Shown here one piece after another: positions 23,535 through 35,672 of a DNA stretch of 64,000 bases; positions within the stretch are counted from its first letter, which is position 1; each line of letters begins with the position of its first letter. The DNA is from Octopus sinensis (taxonomy: Eukaryota), in assembly GCF_006345805.1 (NCBI RefSeq), contig NC_042997.1:75454001-75518000 (forward strand). The letters run 5' to 3'. Below the pieces are notes generated by a model, which saw only the letters and a list, made by a program, of their open reading frames with translations, had not been told where the DNA came from and did no database searches. Both the position numbers and the translations under genes were made by a program.

Positions 23535-24799
23535 TCAGGTTGTAATGAAAATTCTGTCTGGTTTTTAAGGCTCAATAAAACAATAAAAAAGAACAATATC
23601 TGATTTATTTAATTGTTAATATTGTCACCATTCTTTTCTACAACTTCTTTCCATCTGCCAATGTACTTTTTAATGCCATGTTCATAAAATACTCTAGGTT
23701 TAGAAGTGAAAAAGGAAATTAACTCATTTTTTACTTCTGCTCTTGACATATCCATTTAAAGGATTTTATAAACTTCTAAAAAAAATGATAATCTGTATAT
23801 GTGAGGTCCTGAGAATATGATGGGTAATGCATAATTTTCTAGGTGTTTGGTCTTTTGTGCTATGTGAAGTCTAGCATTATCATGATGAAGGATATCTCTT
23901 TTACTGCTTGTTAATGAAGGATGTTTTTGCTGCAAAGGTGCTTTCGACCATGTTAGTTGTTGGCAGTGTACATCAGCTGTTATTGTTTGATTGTCAACTA
24001 GCGGCTTGTGATGAATTATTCTATGCATATCCTACCATACACTCAGAAGAATCTTCATTGGATGCAGGCTACTTCTGGGCTGCTGAGCTGGCTCTTCACC
24101 ATGACCGAGCCGCTGACATTTTCATTTAATGTTATGGTAAAGTATCCATTTTACATCTCCAGTAATGACTCTTTTCAAAAAATGCATTTGCAACTCTTGA
24201 GATTGCAGTGATGCACAGCAATCAACACAGTATTTGTGATTGTCTGCTGAAAGATCATGCAGGACCCATTTCCAACCTTTGACACTTTACCAAGCCTCTG
24301 TAATTCACAATGAATGGTGATATGGCTCACATTGAAGCCCATGCTTAGTTCCCGAACTACAATAGTCTGGTTTGCTTCTAGTGCATCAGGATTCAACCTT
24401 CTTGGCTTCAAGTGCATCAGAATCCAACCCTCTTGAGTGCACTTCTCTTGATTCATCCTGCAGGCTTTAGTCCCCATTTCTGAACCATGAAAATCATCTT
24501 CTGCATGTTCTGATAGTCTCTACACCATCATCATAAATGTTTTGGAGTGATTTTGCTGGTACACTTGCACTATTCTCTTTTTTAAATTCATAAAGAATAA
24601 CATGCTGAATATGTTCTTTGCATAGAAAGAGAATATGAATCCAATACAGCAAAGTTGTGATAAAATTGACAAAATCTCAAAGAAAATGATATATTGATGA
24701 TTTTGTTGTATTTCAAATAGAATTGAGACATTAAATACCTTTAAATCTAACTTGCAAGTTAATTATAAAAAAGACAACTGAGCTTTTGTTATAACCTGA
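23535..24799 (-). mobile_element. Full-length degenerate mariner transposon (1265 bp)
   Basis: Ends TA|tcaggttgtaatgaaaa and ttttgttataacctga|TA. Minus-strand remnants: ILHHDNARLH, HCELQRLGKVSK, TITADVHCQQL. Confidence 0.85.
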
Positions 24800-25549
24800 T
24801 ATAATGTTTTTAAAATAACATTTGCAATTTTTAGTTTTGGAGCATAACTGCATGTAACTTTACACACAACTGATATATGTGTCTAATTTCTGATTCCATT
24901 CTGTTTGTTTCATTTTAACTTTTGCTTCTTCCAGTTCAAATAAATACTGTTGAAAATGTCACTTCAACTTATCAAATAATTTATATATGAATTGCATTTG
25001 ATATCAATATATACAGTCTTATTTATACTATATATTCATAAACTCATCTGAATCATTGATTTTCCAAAATCCTATATTGTCATATTACATTTTTGTTAAA
25101 AGTTAAAATATTTTCAACTGAAGTAACATCCTTTAAGTTGAGAAACATTTTGCTACACAAACACACATAGACACAAAATTGTTGCTTTAGTTTAGAAATG
25201 TGATTGATATACATGAGTGGAATCAGCAGGAAATGTTGAAGGTCTCACTAAATAAAAGATAAACAACTTTTGGAGGAGCCAGTGACCTACTAGAAATAGC
25301 AGCCAAATCTCACTTTACTCTAAGAAGGAAGGTTTAGTGAAAATGTGGTCCCTATACACTGTATTTTAAAAATATGCGTTAGCCATGTTTGAAGCTCTTT
25401 TATCTTATCTTGACCTATAGCTACATAAAAATATTTTGAAGAGAATCTGTTAACACTCTTATTGGCTATTTGTATTGCTTTATTTATTTCTACTTCAAAG
25501 AAATATTGATAAATTTAAAATCTATTTTATTTTTAAAATTTATTTGCAG

Positions 25550-25687
25550 TGGTAACAGTATGGAAGATGTTGGAGCACGTATGTTGGCAAAAGCCTTGCA
25601 AATTAATAACAAATTGCAGACAATTATCTGGGATAGAAATGGCACCACAGTCCAAGGTTTCCAAGATATTGCTGATGCATTAGAGGA
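25550..25687 (+). CDS. CARMIL: CARMIL exon 4 of window
   Basis: ttgcag|T acceptor and GA|gtatga donor. Encodes (S)[45 protein letters not shown](E), a hallmark CARMIL LRR '[23 protein letters not shown]...QGFQDIA'. Confidence 0.97.
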
Positions 25688-26074
25688 GTATGAAGTTTTC
25701 AATTATTTTTATCTAAAAAGTCAAGAATTCAGGCCAATGTGTATAAAAAATTATAATGAGTGAAATATGATGGTATAATTCTAAGTGAATTGGTCCCTCA
25801 CTCTTGAGTTGATTATCCGCTGCAATTATTTACCAGTTGCTTGATTTATTACAAATAGGAGCCATACTTTTCAAATAACACCCTTTGAACTGATAAAAAA
25901 AAAAGAAATAGACATTACTTAATAGGGTATTTATCACACTGTGCCTATCAAAAGGACTTGACGGTTAAGTCTGGAAGGCCTTTAATGTTAGCGTTACTCT
26001 GTCAGAGCTTATGTGGGATCAATCAATAGTAACACATTTCCTTTACTAATTTGTTATTTTTAATATCTTCACAG

Positions 26075-26168
26075 GAATTATGTCTTGAAAAAGATGCCAA
26101 CACCAGTTTTTGATGCTACAGTTGCCATTAAATACCATCCAGAAAAAGTGGAAGCTGCTCTTCAAAAG
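26075..26168 (+). CDS. CARMIL: CARMIL exon 5 of window
   Basis: tcacag|G acceptor and AAG|gttatt donor. Encodes NYVLKKMPTPVFDATVAIKYHPEKVEAALQK. Confidence 0.93.
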
Positions 26169-26379
26169 GTTATTTTTACTTATCTGCCACTCATTGATTT
26201 CTCTTTGATATTTTCCCCCTTTATTAATATAATTATATATGATATGAAATGTTTAACCTTTTTTAATAAACATCAAATTAAATGTTATACCTTTAAATAA
26301 GCATGCAATTTTTGGCACACTGTGAAAAGTAAATGAATTACTTATTTAATATACATTATTAGACTAAGTACTGTTACGC

Positions 26380-26835
26380 AGATTAGACTGACTGAGACTC
26401 CTGGCGGTTTGCTGTGCTTGACAAGACCGTTAAACTAAGTAAAATTGTGGCCACCCATACATACAACATGTCTTCTATGTCTGTCTCACAGCCAAGAGGT
26501 TCTTCCCTTGAGGCCTTACAGATGCTGGTGTCATGTAAAAAGCACTTGTGCTGGTGCCATTCAAAGCACCTGTGCCAAAGCCATGTAAAGGCACCCATAC
26601 TGGTACCACATAAATATGTCCATGCCAGCACCCCATAAAAGTGCCCATGCCAGTACCATGTAAAAAGCACCCAGTACACTCTGTGAAGTGGTTTGTGTTA
26701 GGAAGGCATCCAACTATAGAAATCCTTCCAAAGTAGACATTTTGAACCTGGGCAGCTCCCCAGCAAGTCAATTCCTATCAAACTGTCCAACCCATGCCAG
26801 CATGGAAAGAAGATGTAAAATCACGATGATGAGTT
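26380..26835 (+). mobile_element. RTE-tail-derived SINE-like element (family D)
   Basis: Contains catgtaaaaagcac repeats and ttaggaaggcatccaactatagaaa. Ends catgccagcatggaaagaagatgtaaaatcacgatgatgag. Confidence 0.7.
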
Positions 26836-27790
26836 TGTATACACTAGAAATAGCTGTGAGATGATAGCCTTTCTGTGGATAGAAGATGAATATTCTTTTT
26901 ATAATAAAGCACTAAAGAAAGTAGAAAGTAATCAAAACACTTTCAACTTGTTCTACCCAGAGATAAAGAACATCTGTTAATTTTTTACAGTGAGGCCCAA
27001 ATTGCATGTTTGTTAAAACTTACATTACATTATATTTCAAATTACCCAGTGCACTAAAATGCTGTTTAGTGCACTAAGAAAGAATTAATTCACATTGTCA
27101 GTATATAAACTTTGATGCAAAATGGAATGACCAATTTAGCTAAGTTCTTGTGTATATGTTATAAGTAGCTATAAGCTGCAAATTTCAAAGCACTGTAGTA
27201 TATTAAAAATGATTTAATTTATATAACTATATAAATATAAATCTGAATTGTGTGTATGCATGCCTTGTTTTCAAAAACTACAGAACAAACTACAATACTA
27301 TACATATTATTAATAATAGCATAGTTTTAGATTGTTGATTTGTGCAAAAATTTAACAAAAGCACAAGAAATGGAAAATTTTACAAAAACATTATAGAAAA
27401 TTCGTAACTAATTCCTCATCAGTCAACATCCAAAAAATCATGACAATTTTGTGCCTTTAACATTGATATTGCTCACTTTTGGTGGCGCCAGTGGCAAAAA
27501 GCTACTGGGAAAAGCTAACAAACATACAAGACAATGATGAAAACAAATATGACAAAATAAAATATACATATACAACAAAAAAATGTGCAGCTGCAAGACA
27601 AGCAAGATATTGGGTAATACAAAGGAAAAGGAAAATGTCCTGTAGGACTGGAGACGAGAGGAAAGAGAGATAGTCAGAACAAAGAAAGAAGTAATTAGGA
27701 GGGAAAGAGAGAGAGGAAAGCAAAGAAAGAGAGACAGAAATAGATGTCACACAAAAAAATATTCCATATACGTACATATATATATATATA

Positions 27791-28091
27791 TCACCGTGAC
27801 CGACCAGGCTATCAGATGTTGCTACACATCGCTGGTCACAATGTGCTTTGCATTGTTTTAGCCTTCAAATGACGCCACCCCGCTGGCTAAGCGAGCAGGC
27901 CAACAGAAAAAAGAGTGAGAGAAAGTTGTGGCGAAAGAGTAGAGCAGGGATCGCCACCACCCCCTGCCGAAGCCTCGTGGAGCTTTAGGTGTTTTTGCTC
28001 AATAAACACTCACAACATCCGGTCTGGGGATCGAAACCGCGATCCTATGACCACGAGTCCGCTGCCCTAACCACTGGGCCATTGCGCCTCC
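27791..28091 (-). mobile_element. tRNA-derived SINE, family B
   Basis: Minus-strand head ggaggcgcaatggcccagtggttagggcagcggactc (A box)...ggtttcgatcccc (B box). The 3' end abuts (TA)n. Confidence 0.88.
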
Positions 28092-28349
28092 ACATATGTA
28101 TATATTTCTGAGCGTTATACTAATACATCTGTTAGTTTTGTACACCACCTGTCTTCGTGTTTTGTTTTTTCTTTTGTAAACTCTCCCTATATATATCACA
28201 CGCTCACGTGGTCGCACATGTTGATCCTGTCATTTCTTACCAGTACGAACTTCTCCATTGGACTCTTTATCTACCATTTACGGATTCTCGTTTCGATCTT
28301 TACCCTCCGGCTGCACCTCTCCTACATATGGATCACAGTGGACTCTACT

Positions 28350-28800
28350 CATCATCATCATTTTTTAACGTCCGTTCTCCATGCTAGCATGGGTTGGACG
28401 GTTTGACCGGGGATCTGGGAAGCCAGAAGGCTGCACCAGGCTCCAGTCTTATCTGGCAGTGTTTCTACGGCTGGATGCCCTTCCTTACGCCAACCACTCC
28501 GTGAGTGTAGTGGGTGCTTTTTACGTGCCACCTGCACAGGTGCCAGGCGAGGCTGGCAACGGCCACGATCGGATTGGTGCATTTTATGTGCCACTGGCAT
28601 GGAAGCCAGTCATGGTGGCACTGGCATCGGCCACGATTCGGATAATGCTTTTTACGTGCCACCGTCTCAGGGATCACAACTGCAGTTTCCATTGATTTTG
28701 ATGTTGGTGTACTTGACTCAATGGATCTCCTCAAGCACAGGATCGAAATGGTGTTTCTTCACTTGCCACCTGCACAGGAGTCAGTCCAGCGGTCCTAGCA
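28350..28800 (-). mobile_element. RTE-tail-derived SINE-like element (family D)
   Basis: Starts atcatcatcattttttaacgtccgttctccatgctagcatgggttggacgg (reverse complement of the D tail) and carries tttttacgtgccacc repeats. Confidence 0.8.
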
Positions 28801-28968
28801 ACTGCCGGGTCTTGCAATACACCACGACATCAAAAAACCTTTGAACTTTACATAAAACTGTTATTATTGTCATTACTTTATTTTTATACCCTTCTGTCCG
28901 AGTCAGACGCCATGATAGATCATTAGCTACTACACACATTTTTGTCTCCCCTTGTTTTATTTGTGTAC

Positions 28969-29004
28969 CTTTCTGTAGAGGAGCGTAGGCTCGAAACGTA
29001 AAAG
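28969..29004 (+). ncRNA. Minimal hammerhead-like motif with variant core (A6U)
   Basis: Reads CUUU-CUGUAGA-G-GAGC(GUAG)GCUC-GAAAC-GUA/AAAG. Stem III is the palindrome ACGU. Confidence 0.5.
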
Positions 29005-29091
29005 ACTTTTTCTATTCCTGAGCGTTATACTAATACATCTGTTTGTTTTGCACACCACCTGTCTTCATCTATTGTTTTTTTCGTAAACTCT

Positions 29092-29131
<40 letters not shown>

Positions 29132-29180
29132 ATAATAATATTAGGGAATATTATTCCAAACTTACAGGGAAAAATTCAAT

Positions 29181-30437
29181 TTAGTTAGTTAGTTAGTTAA
29201 TTTTTTGGCTCAAAAAGCAAAACGCAAGGCCATGTAGGGGGACATGGAGTTATGTACAGGGTGGTGTTCATGTAAAGAGTTCAGGCCACTTGTAGTCAAG
29301 AGAGACTTTGAACCAAGCGGTCGTCGGCATCTTCACCATCTTGTCCGGCAGCTTAGTCCACGGATAGAGCTTTTCGGAATGACCCTGCAGCCGATGTTCT
29401 GGAGCAGGAGTGAAGAACAGCTCTTTCGAGAGGTTACACTTTCCACTTATGATGTTGTGAGCAAGAATGAGATCACCACGGCGGCAGCGTTTTTCTAGAG
29501 AATAAAGGTCGAGCGTCTTCAGCCTTTCTTCATAAGACAAATGCTTGAGACCAAGAACCATGTGGGTAGCCAGCTTCTGGACTCTTTCGAGATGCTGTAT
29601 GTCTTTGAGAAGATAAGGAGAAGAGGCTTGAATCCCATACTCCAATATGGGTCTCACCAGCATGACATAGAGCGGTAGGAATATGGCTGCTGTGAGCATT
29701 CCGAATGACAGTCGAATCAAGAACAGAACTCCGCGTGCTTCGTTGGCAGCATGGATGCACTGGGCCGAAGGCGAAAAGGAGGAATCCACCAAGATACCCA
29801 GGTCCTTTACCTGGTCAGTCTTCTCCAGCAGCAGACGACCTGGCTCGAAATCAAGTTGAGTTGCAGGAGGAGAGCCAACAGGCAGATGACAGCACTTTGA
29901 CACGTTCAGACACAGGTCCCATTTGTTAGACCATCTCCAAATTTGGTGGAGGCATCGACAAAGATCCTCTATATAACCGCGAGGAGCAACCAGTTTGACA
30001 TTGTCGGCAAATAGAAGGGTGTGTTGCGTGAGGTCGTCGGGCAAGTCATTTATGAAGACTAAGAACAATAAGGGCCCAAGCACTGAACCTTGAGGCATGC
30101 CACTGCTCGCACTGGAGACGTCGGACAGTGAACCATTAACTTGGACTTGGAAGGAGCGATCTGAGAGGAAGGCACCAACCCATCGTACAATATCTGAATA
30201 GAAACTATTGACAAGTAATAGGTGGTGGTTTACCGAGTCAAAAGCTTTGGTAAAGTCCAATAAAACGATGTCAACAGCATCACTATCATCGAGGATATGC
30301 GTCACCAATTCTTCCATTACCAGTAAGTTGCTCAAGCATGATCTCTTCGGCATGAAGCCGTGTTGGGAATCAGAGATAGGGGCTGTGTTTTGGAGGTGGA
30401 GCATCATACTTTTCTTAAGGATGGTTTTGAACATCTT
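29181..30437 (-). mobile_element. 5'-truncated CR1-group LINE with an uninterrupted 388-aa RT ORF (29268-30434)
   Basis: Contains QHGFMPKRSCLSNLL, LDFTKAFDSVNH, SGMPQGSVLGPLLFLVFINDLP, LLFADNVKL and ERVQKLAT. Tail is (TAAC)n at 29181-29199. Confidence 0.93.
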
Positions 30438-30645
30438 GCTGATTATTGAAGTAATACTAAATCAAATTTCAGAATATATACGTATATAAATTAGAAAAGA
30501 ACCACCTTTTATCGATTCAATAATGAAATAACAATGATATAATTAAATTATACCTTATAGAAAAAAATTAAATATACGATAAAACATATACCAATAATTA
30601 AGTAAAGTACAAAATAATAAATAAAAAGTATTTAATTGGTAAAAA

Positions 30646-30728
30646 AGATTACATGTGTTTCGTGGCTATATTTTCAAACTGATAACAGTAAAATCAATTC
30701 AGTTTAAATATAGTCACTTTTCACATCC
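30646..30728 (-). ncRNA. Degenerate hammerhead-like motif with long stem II
   Basis: Reads GGAU-GUGAAAA-GUGACUAUAUUU AAACUGA..UCAGUUU..AAAUAUAGCCAC-GAAAC-ACAU-GUA/AUCU. The core has C3G and G8A changes. Confidence 0.45.
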
Positions 30729-30843
30729 AAGATAAAAACAATTAAATAATACATAAATAGATACAAGTATATAATCTTGTAAGAAAATATAAATATATAT
30801 ATAAATACATGATTTTACAATAAAAATCGAACAAAATACAATT

Positions 30844-31300
30844 ATCTCTTATTATAAAAGGCAGATTTTATCTGCCTCCCTTTGTAACTTATAGAAATCT
30901 ACAATATAGGATTTCTTCAATTACAATTTACCTAGCATTTTTAAGAGTAGAATGCATCGGGTCATGCCAGGTCCAGTTTTTAAAATTTAAACTCCAATTA
31001 AGCAAAATTTACAGAAAACTCACATTCTGGTGTGTATGTCAAATGCTTTTCTTAATGTGGTTTACACCACACGCACACGCACACACACAGTGTGCAACGA
31101 ATAAAATGAAAGTAAATAGCGACAGAGTGATTTGAGGAAGACTAAACTGAAAGTATTTAAACCACTACTCAAAAAATAAAAAAACACAGCAAACAGAAAC
31201 AAATAAATACATAACGATTTACTCCTCACACAATTTCTTCAATTAGAGTTTACCTAAGATTTTTCAAAGTACTCCATTCGGTCATGCCATAATATATTTC
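30844..31300 (+). mobile_element. Helentron-type non-autonomous element (family H1)
   Basis: Begins tatctcttattataaaaggcagattttatctgcc. A near-identical reverse-complement copy ends at 48120. Confidence 0.65.
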
Positions 31301-31659
31301 TTTCAATTTCACCCCCAATTAAGACAAAATTCGAGAAAACTCAATATTTTAACATTTCACTCCGAAAGCATTGATGTACATGTGTGCGTGCGTGAGTGTG
31401 TGTGTGTGTGTTTGATGGGTTGTGCGACACAGAAAGTGTGGTGTGTAAGTGAAGTGCTTTTGTTAGTGTGTGTAAAGAGACAGACAGAGTGAAAGACAGA
31501 AATAACTGAACTTTTTTTATTCACTTTTTGTAGTGAGTGACTGAGAGAGAAAAGAGAGAGAGAGGTTATGTATGTATATATGTATGTATGGCTTCAGTGA
31601 CACACACACACAAAAACACATACCTACGTACACCTAAAGCACGCACACACACACACACA

Positions 31660-32505
31660 CAAGCGGAGCGCGAACTTCAAAATTTTGGTAGTATTAATTT
31701 GCGAGCGTACTTCTAAGCGCGCGTAATTGAAAGTTTTCACTATGATATCATCACGTGCGAAAAAATTCGAAGGGTTTTGAACAATTGAGATACACATGTC
31801 ACGCATGTATTGAAACCATTGCTAAGCTGCCGTAATTGCTTAATTAAGACTTTGTTTAAATTGAAAGGGGCAAATATGTGACGAGGTTGAAAAAAAATAC
31901 CCCAGAAAAAAAAATGTACTGCTGGTATTTATATAATTCACTACTATTTTGCTACAATGTCATGAAAAAGAAAAAATTTAGGTATGTAAATCGAATTCGC
32001 CCCCCCCCTTTTCCCCGTTCGCGTTTGTGTAAAAAAAATTATTATTTAAGTTTTAAAAATTATTTACTTTGTTCAAAAAATATTAATATTAATTAATTTT
32101 CAAGAATTATTTAATTTTATTCTGTAAGATAGTAATTAATTCATTTATCTGTAAATCCGCGAGGTTGTTACTCAGGCACCTAGAATGGTAACCTTCAACT
32201 AGCACTATCTCCTCCGAGACCCTGCGGCGCACGTTGACCAAAATTGAGAGTATGGTAGAAGAAGGGTTGCTCTTCCTTCCGTAGAACATAAAATTCAAAT
32301 CGGACCATGTTAACACCAAAAATTATTTACATCAAAAAGATGCTTTTTTCTATGAAAATCCCTATTTTTTACGATTTTTTCACTGCTGTGTCGCCACTTT
32401 TCGGTGTATTTCGACCAGAAAAATGTTCACAAAATTTTTACTTTTCAAAATTACAATTCCAGCGGGTCAAAACAAACCCGAGCAACGCCGGGCGATACTG
32501 CTAGT
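31660..32505 (-). mobile_element. Helentron/DINE-like element
   Basis: Minus strand starts actagcagtatcgcccggcgttgctcgggtttg, the same 5' end as the element at 46653. The inner boundary is uncertain. Confidence 0.5.
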
Positions 32506-32519
32506 ATATCATAAAATAC

Positions 32520-34260
32520 AAGCACAAAATATATTAAGATATATTCTGTTAACTAAATCTTTAAACTTAATACATAGGATTTATTATTTATAAAATTTTT
32601 ATTTCGTTAAAAATGTAGTATAAATAAAACTAGAATAAATGGATATAAATATTTATTATATGTCTACTCCAGTATAGCAGTATAGTTAGTTAGAGAAGTA
32701 AAACATGACTATCTATGACCGACTTCTTGACATTACAGCATTTATAATGACTATCACATACCACTCATCACATGGGAAGGGTGTTCCATTATTATTATTA
32801 TCCCCATAACGTCTCCACTTTTAAGTTTTTCTTTCTTCTTAGGGAGTGTAATTTTATTTCTTTGTACTAGCAATAATTTTTCCATTACCCCCATCTCCAT
32901 TTTTTTATACTGTTACAAATTTTAAATTTTTTCAGTTTGGCATCCACTTCCAGGAACTCCGCACATATTCTTTTTCTTTTTCTTGTGTATCTGGCATTGG
33001 TACTTGAAAAATATCATATGACCATTCTCTTCCATTCTTCTGGGTTTACTCTGGTGTATTTGGACTTGGTGTCATGTGGTATACTCTTAAGAATTGTTGT
33101 AGAGCTATCTAATCCGTGACTTCCTTATTCAACTTTCTTAGTGCTCTCTTGAACGTATCAACAAAGTGTTCTGCTTGTCCATTAGATCTGGTATAGCATA
33201 ATAGTTACATGTCTACAGCAAACATTTTACAAAACTTTTTAAGCGCAAAAGACACAAATTGCATTCCATTGTTAGACTGCTATGTCTGTGATGCCACATT
33301 TCACATACAGCTCATATAGAAAGTTTATCATAGTTGAGGAGGTTGGCTTTTTACACTTAGAAATTTCTGGCCAAGTAAAGAAACTATTTACCACCACTAA
33401 ATAGTAGGAACCATTTAAGGGACCAGTGAAATCAATGTGTAGTCTTGACCATGGAACATCTACTTTTGGTCAAGGTTCATTTTTTATCGATGTTAATTTT
33501 GCCGTTAGAGCACATCCTCTACAGCCTTTCACTAAATTTTTTATTTCTCTGTCCATTTTTGACCAGTACAAGTAGCTATGCATTAAAGCTTTCATCTGCA
33601 AAATACCAGAAAATCTAACATGGAATTCCCTTCACATTTTCTTTTGCAGTATTTCAGACATTACTACTCTCTGTGCATACATCAGTACACCATCAGAAAT
33701 TGAATATAGGTTCACATCTTGGTTTTGTTTCACACCAATCCTGTTCCTATGTACTTTACCTGTCCACAGTATTCTTTTCATTTGTTATGAATTTGTCCAT
33801 CGCATTTCATTTTATGTCTTCTAGGGTCACTAGTAATTCGCATACCATATTCCACTTTTTATTTCTCCTTCTGATCTTAATGCTGTGATTACTGTATCTT
33901 TGAATGGCTCAGTGTTTCAGTATTAGTTTGGACAAACTATCCACCTGCCCTTGTTTCCTTGACAGTAAATATTCCATTTTGTAATCACAAGTCAATAATG
34001 TAGTGCCTCATCACTGTGGTCTTTTCTTTCTGTGTGTTGGTATTCCATTTTTAGAGCCATATAGTAGTGGGCAATGATCTGTTTATAGATAGAAACTTCT
34101 TCCATGAATAAACCTGTGGAATTTTCACCCTGAATATGATTGCTAATACTTCCTTTTCTATTTGACAATAGTTCCTTTCAGCTGGTAATAATTGTGATGC
34201 ATGGGCTATAGCTTTTTCACTCCCATCGTCATATATGTGCAGGAGCACTGCTCCTACACC
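32520..34260 (-). mobile_element. Gypsy/Ty3 remnant: RNase H, integrase, PPT and start of the 3' LTR
   Basis: Remnants: DGSEKAIAHAS.LLPAERNYCQIEKEVLAIIF, QTDH.PLLSIYGS, PWSRLHIDFTGPLNGSYYLVVV. Purine tract aaaagtggaga is followed by (c)gttatgggg at 32811. Confidence 0.8.
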
Positions 34261-34269
34261 ATAATATTC

Positions 34270-34752
34270 AACTTCGGATCAAAATGTGTTAATGGGCCTC
34301 ATGGAGGCAAAGTGAATGAGTTCCTTTCAAGTGTTGGACCTCGCAGAGGCGAGGTGGCTGAGTTCCTTTTGAGCGGGCCTCATGGAGGTGAGGTGGTTGA
34401 GTTCCTATCAAGTATTGGGCCTCATGGAAGCAAAGTAGCCAAGCTCCTTTCGAGTGTTGGGCCTCACAGAGGCATGTCCAAGACCTTTGGTATGTGCTTG
34501 TGAAGATCTATCAAGCTGAGCAAAATCGCAATTGTGGCAGATACCGGTGTCATGCAAATGGCATCCATGCCAGTGGTACATAAAACCACCTATTACACTC
34601 TCAGAGCAGTTGGCGTTAGTAAGGGCATCCAGCCATAGAAAGTCGTGCCCAATCAGACTGGATCCTGTCTCAGCCTTCCAGCATGCCAGCCCAGTCAAAC
34701 CTTCCAACCCATGCTAGCATGGACAACAGACATTAAATGATGATGATGATGA
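34270..34752 (+). mobile_element. RTE 3'-end/family D element with 42-bp tandem expansion
   Basis: Units start gggcctcatggagg at 34294, 34336, 34375, 34417 and 34459. Ends gcatggacaacagacattaaatgatgatgatgat. Confidence 0.75.
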
Positions 34753-34974
34753 TAAGTTCAATGTTAAAATGTTTTTTTAATTTGTCAAATGCCTTCTGAC
34801 ACTTATCAGTCCAGCGCCATTTTGCATTTTTCACTAACTGATCTTTGAAGGCCTTTACATTGTGTAGGTTGGGAATATAAATTTGGTAGTAATTTACTAA
34901 ACCCTAATGTAATCCTTATTGTCCTCTGCACACCTTCATGATTTTCCTTACAAGGTATTTAAAATGAAAAATTA

Positions 34975-35672
34975 TCTTTATATATATAAAACTGAGAATG
35001 TGTGTCTGTCTGTCTGTCTATCTGTCTGTGTGTTTCCCTAAAACTTGAGAACTACACAACCAATTTCATTCAAATTTTACACATGCCTTACTTAGGGTCC
35101 ATGTAGTTTCATGGGCAAAAAAAAATGTTCAACTTCTTGCCTAGAGCGAACTCATAGCAATATCATATCTTCTCCACTATTTCAGTATTACGTGTTAAAA
35201 GTGAAACAAGAACATTTCTCTATTTTATGTCAGATACTTTCACTTTAACAATAAAAATAATAATAACAATTGAATTATATGTAGTAAGTAATAATTAAAA
35301 TCAAACTAAAGTATAATATAATCGTAACATAACAAAAGTAAAAATAGCAATTGGTATAAAATTGCATCAATGATTTGAACTTGAATAAGTGGTTTCACAT
35401 GAATGGGAATAAATTAAAAATAAAATTAGCGTGCAGAAATGGAATAGTCCAGATGGATAATAAAAAATTAAATTAAAGAAAAGACTATTGTCTATAAAGT
35501 ATACAATGTAGAGAAAAAGGAAGATTTCAAAACATGGAGGAAAGCACCTTCGAAAAGTGTCTTGGTGCGACTTCGAGTCAACAGAGCGTGCAAGGGAGTA
35601 CTCTACTCGAACTTGCAAAGTGGAAATATTTTATTTTTGCCTTTATATTTGGGACGTAGGACGTCCCGGAAA
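34975..35672 (+). mobile_element. Helentron-type non-autonomous element (family H2) ending in a GC hairpin
   Basis: Starts tatatataaaactgagaatg(tgtc)n, has a caaccaatttcattcaaattttacac core, and ends with hairpin GGGACGT-AGG-ACGTCCC at 35651-35667. An inverted relative lies at 61400-62690. Confidence 0.6.

Larger units (their letters stand above)
28105..29100 (+). mobile_element. Non-coding PLE-type element with direct terminal repeats, interrupted by a family D element
   Basis: ctgagcgttatactaatacatctgtt...gtaaactctccctata occurs at 28107-28196 and 29018-29100. The same terminus ends the coding PLE at 51140-51362. Confidence 0.7.

Noticed and set aside
25470-25763. 97-aa ORF as a standalone gene
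   Set aside because: It is CARMIL exon 4 read through into flanking intron sequence.
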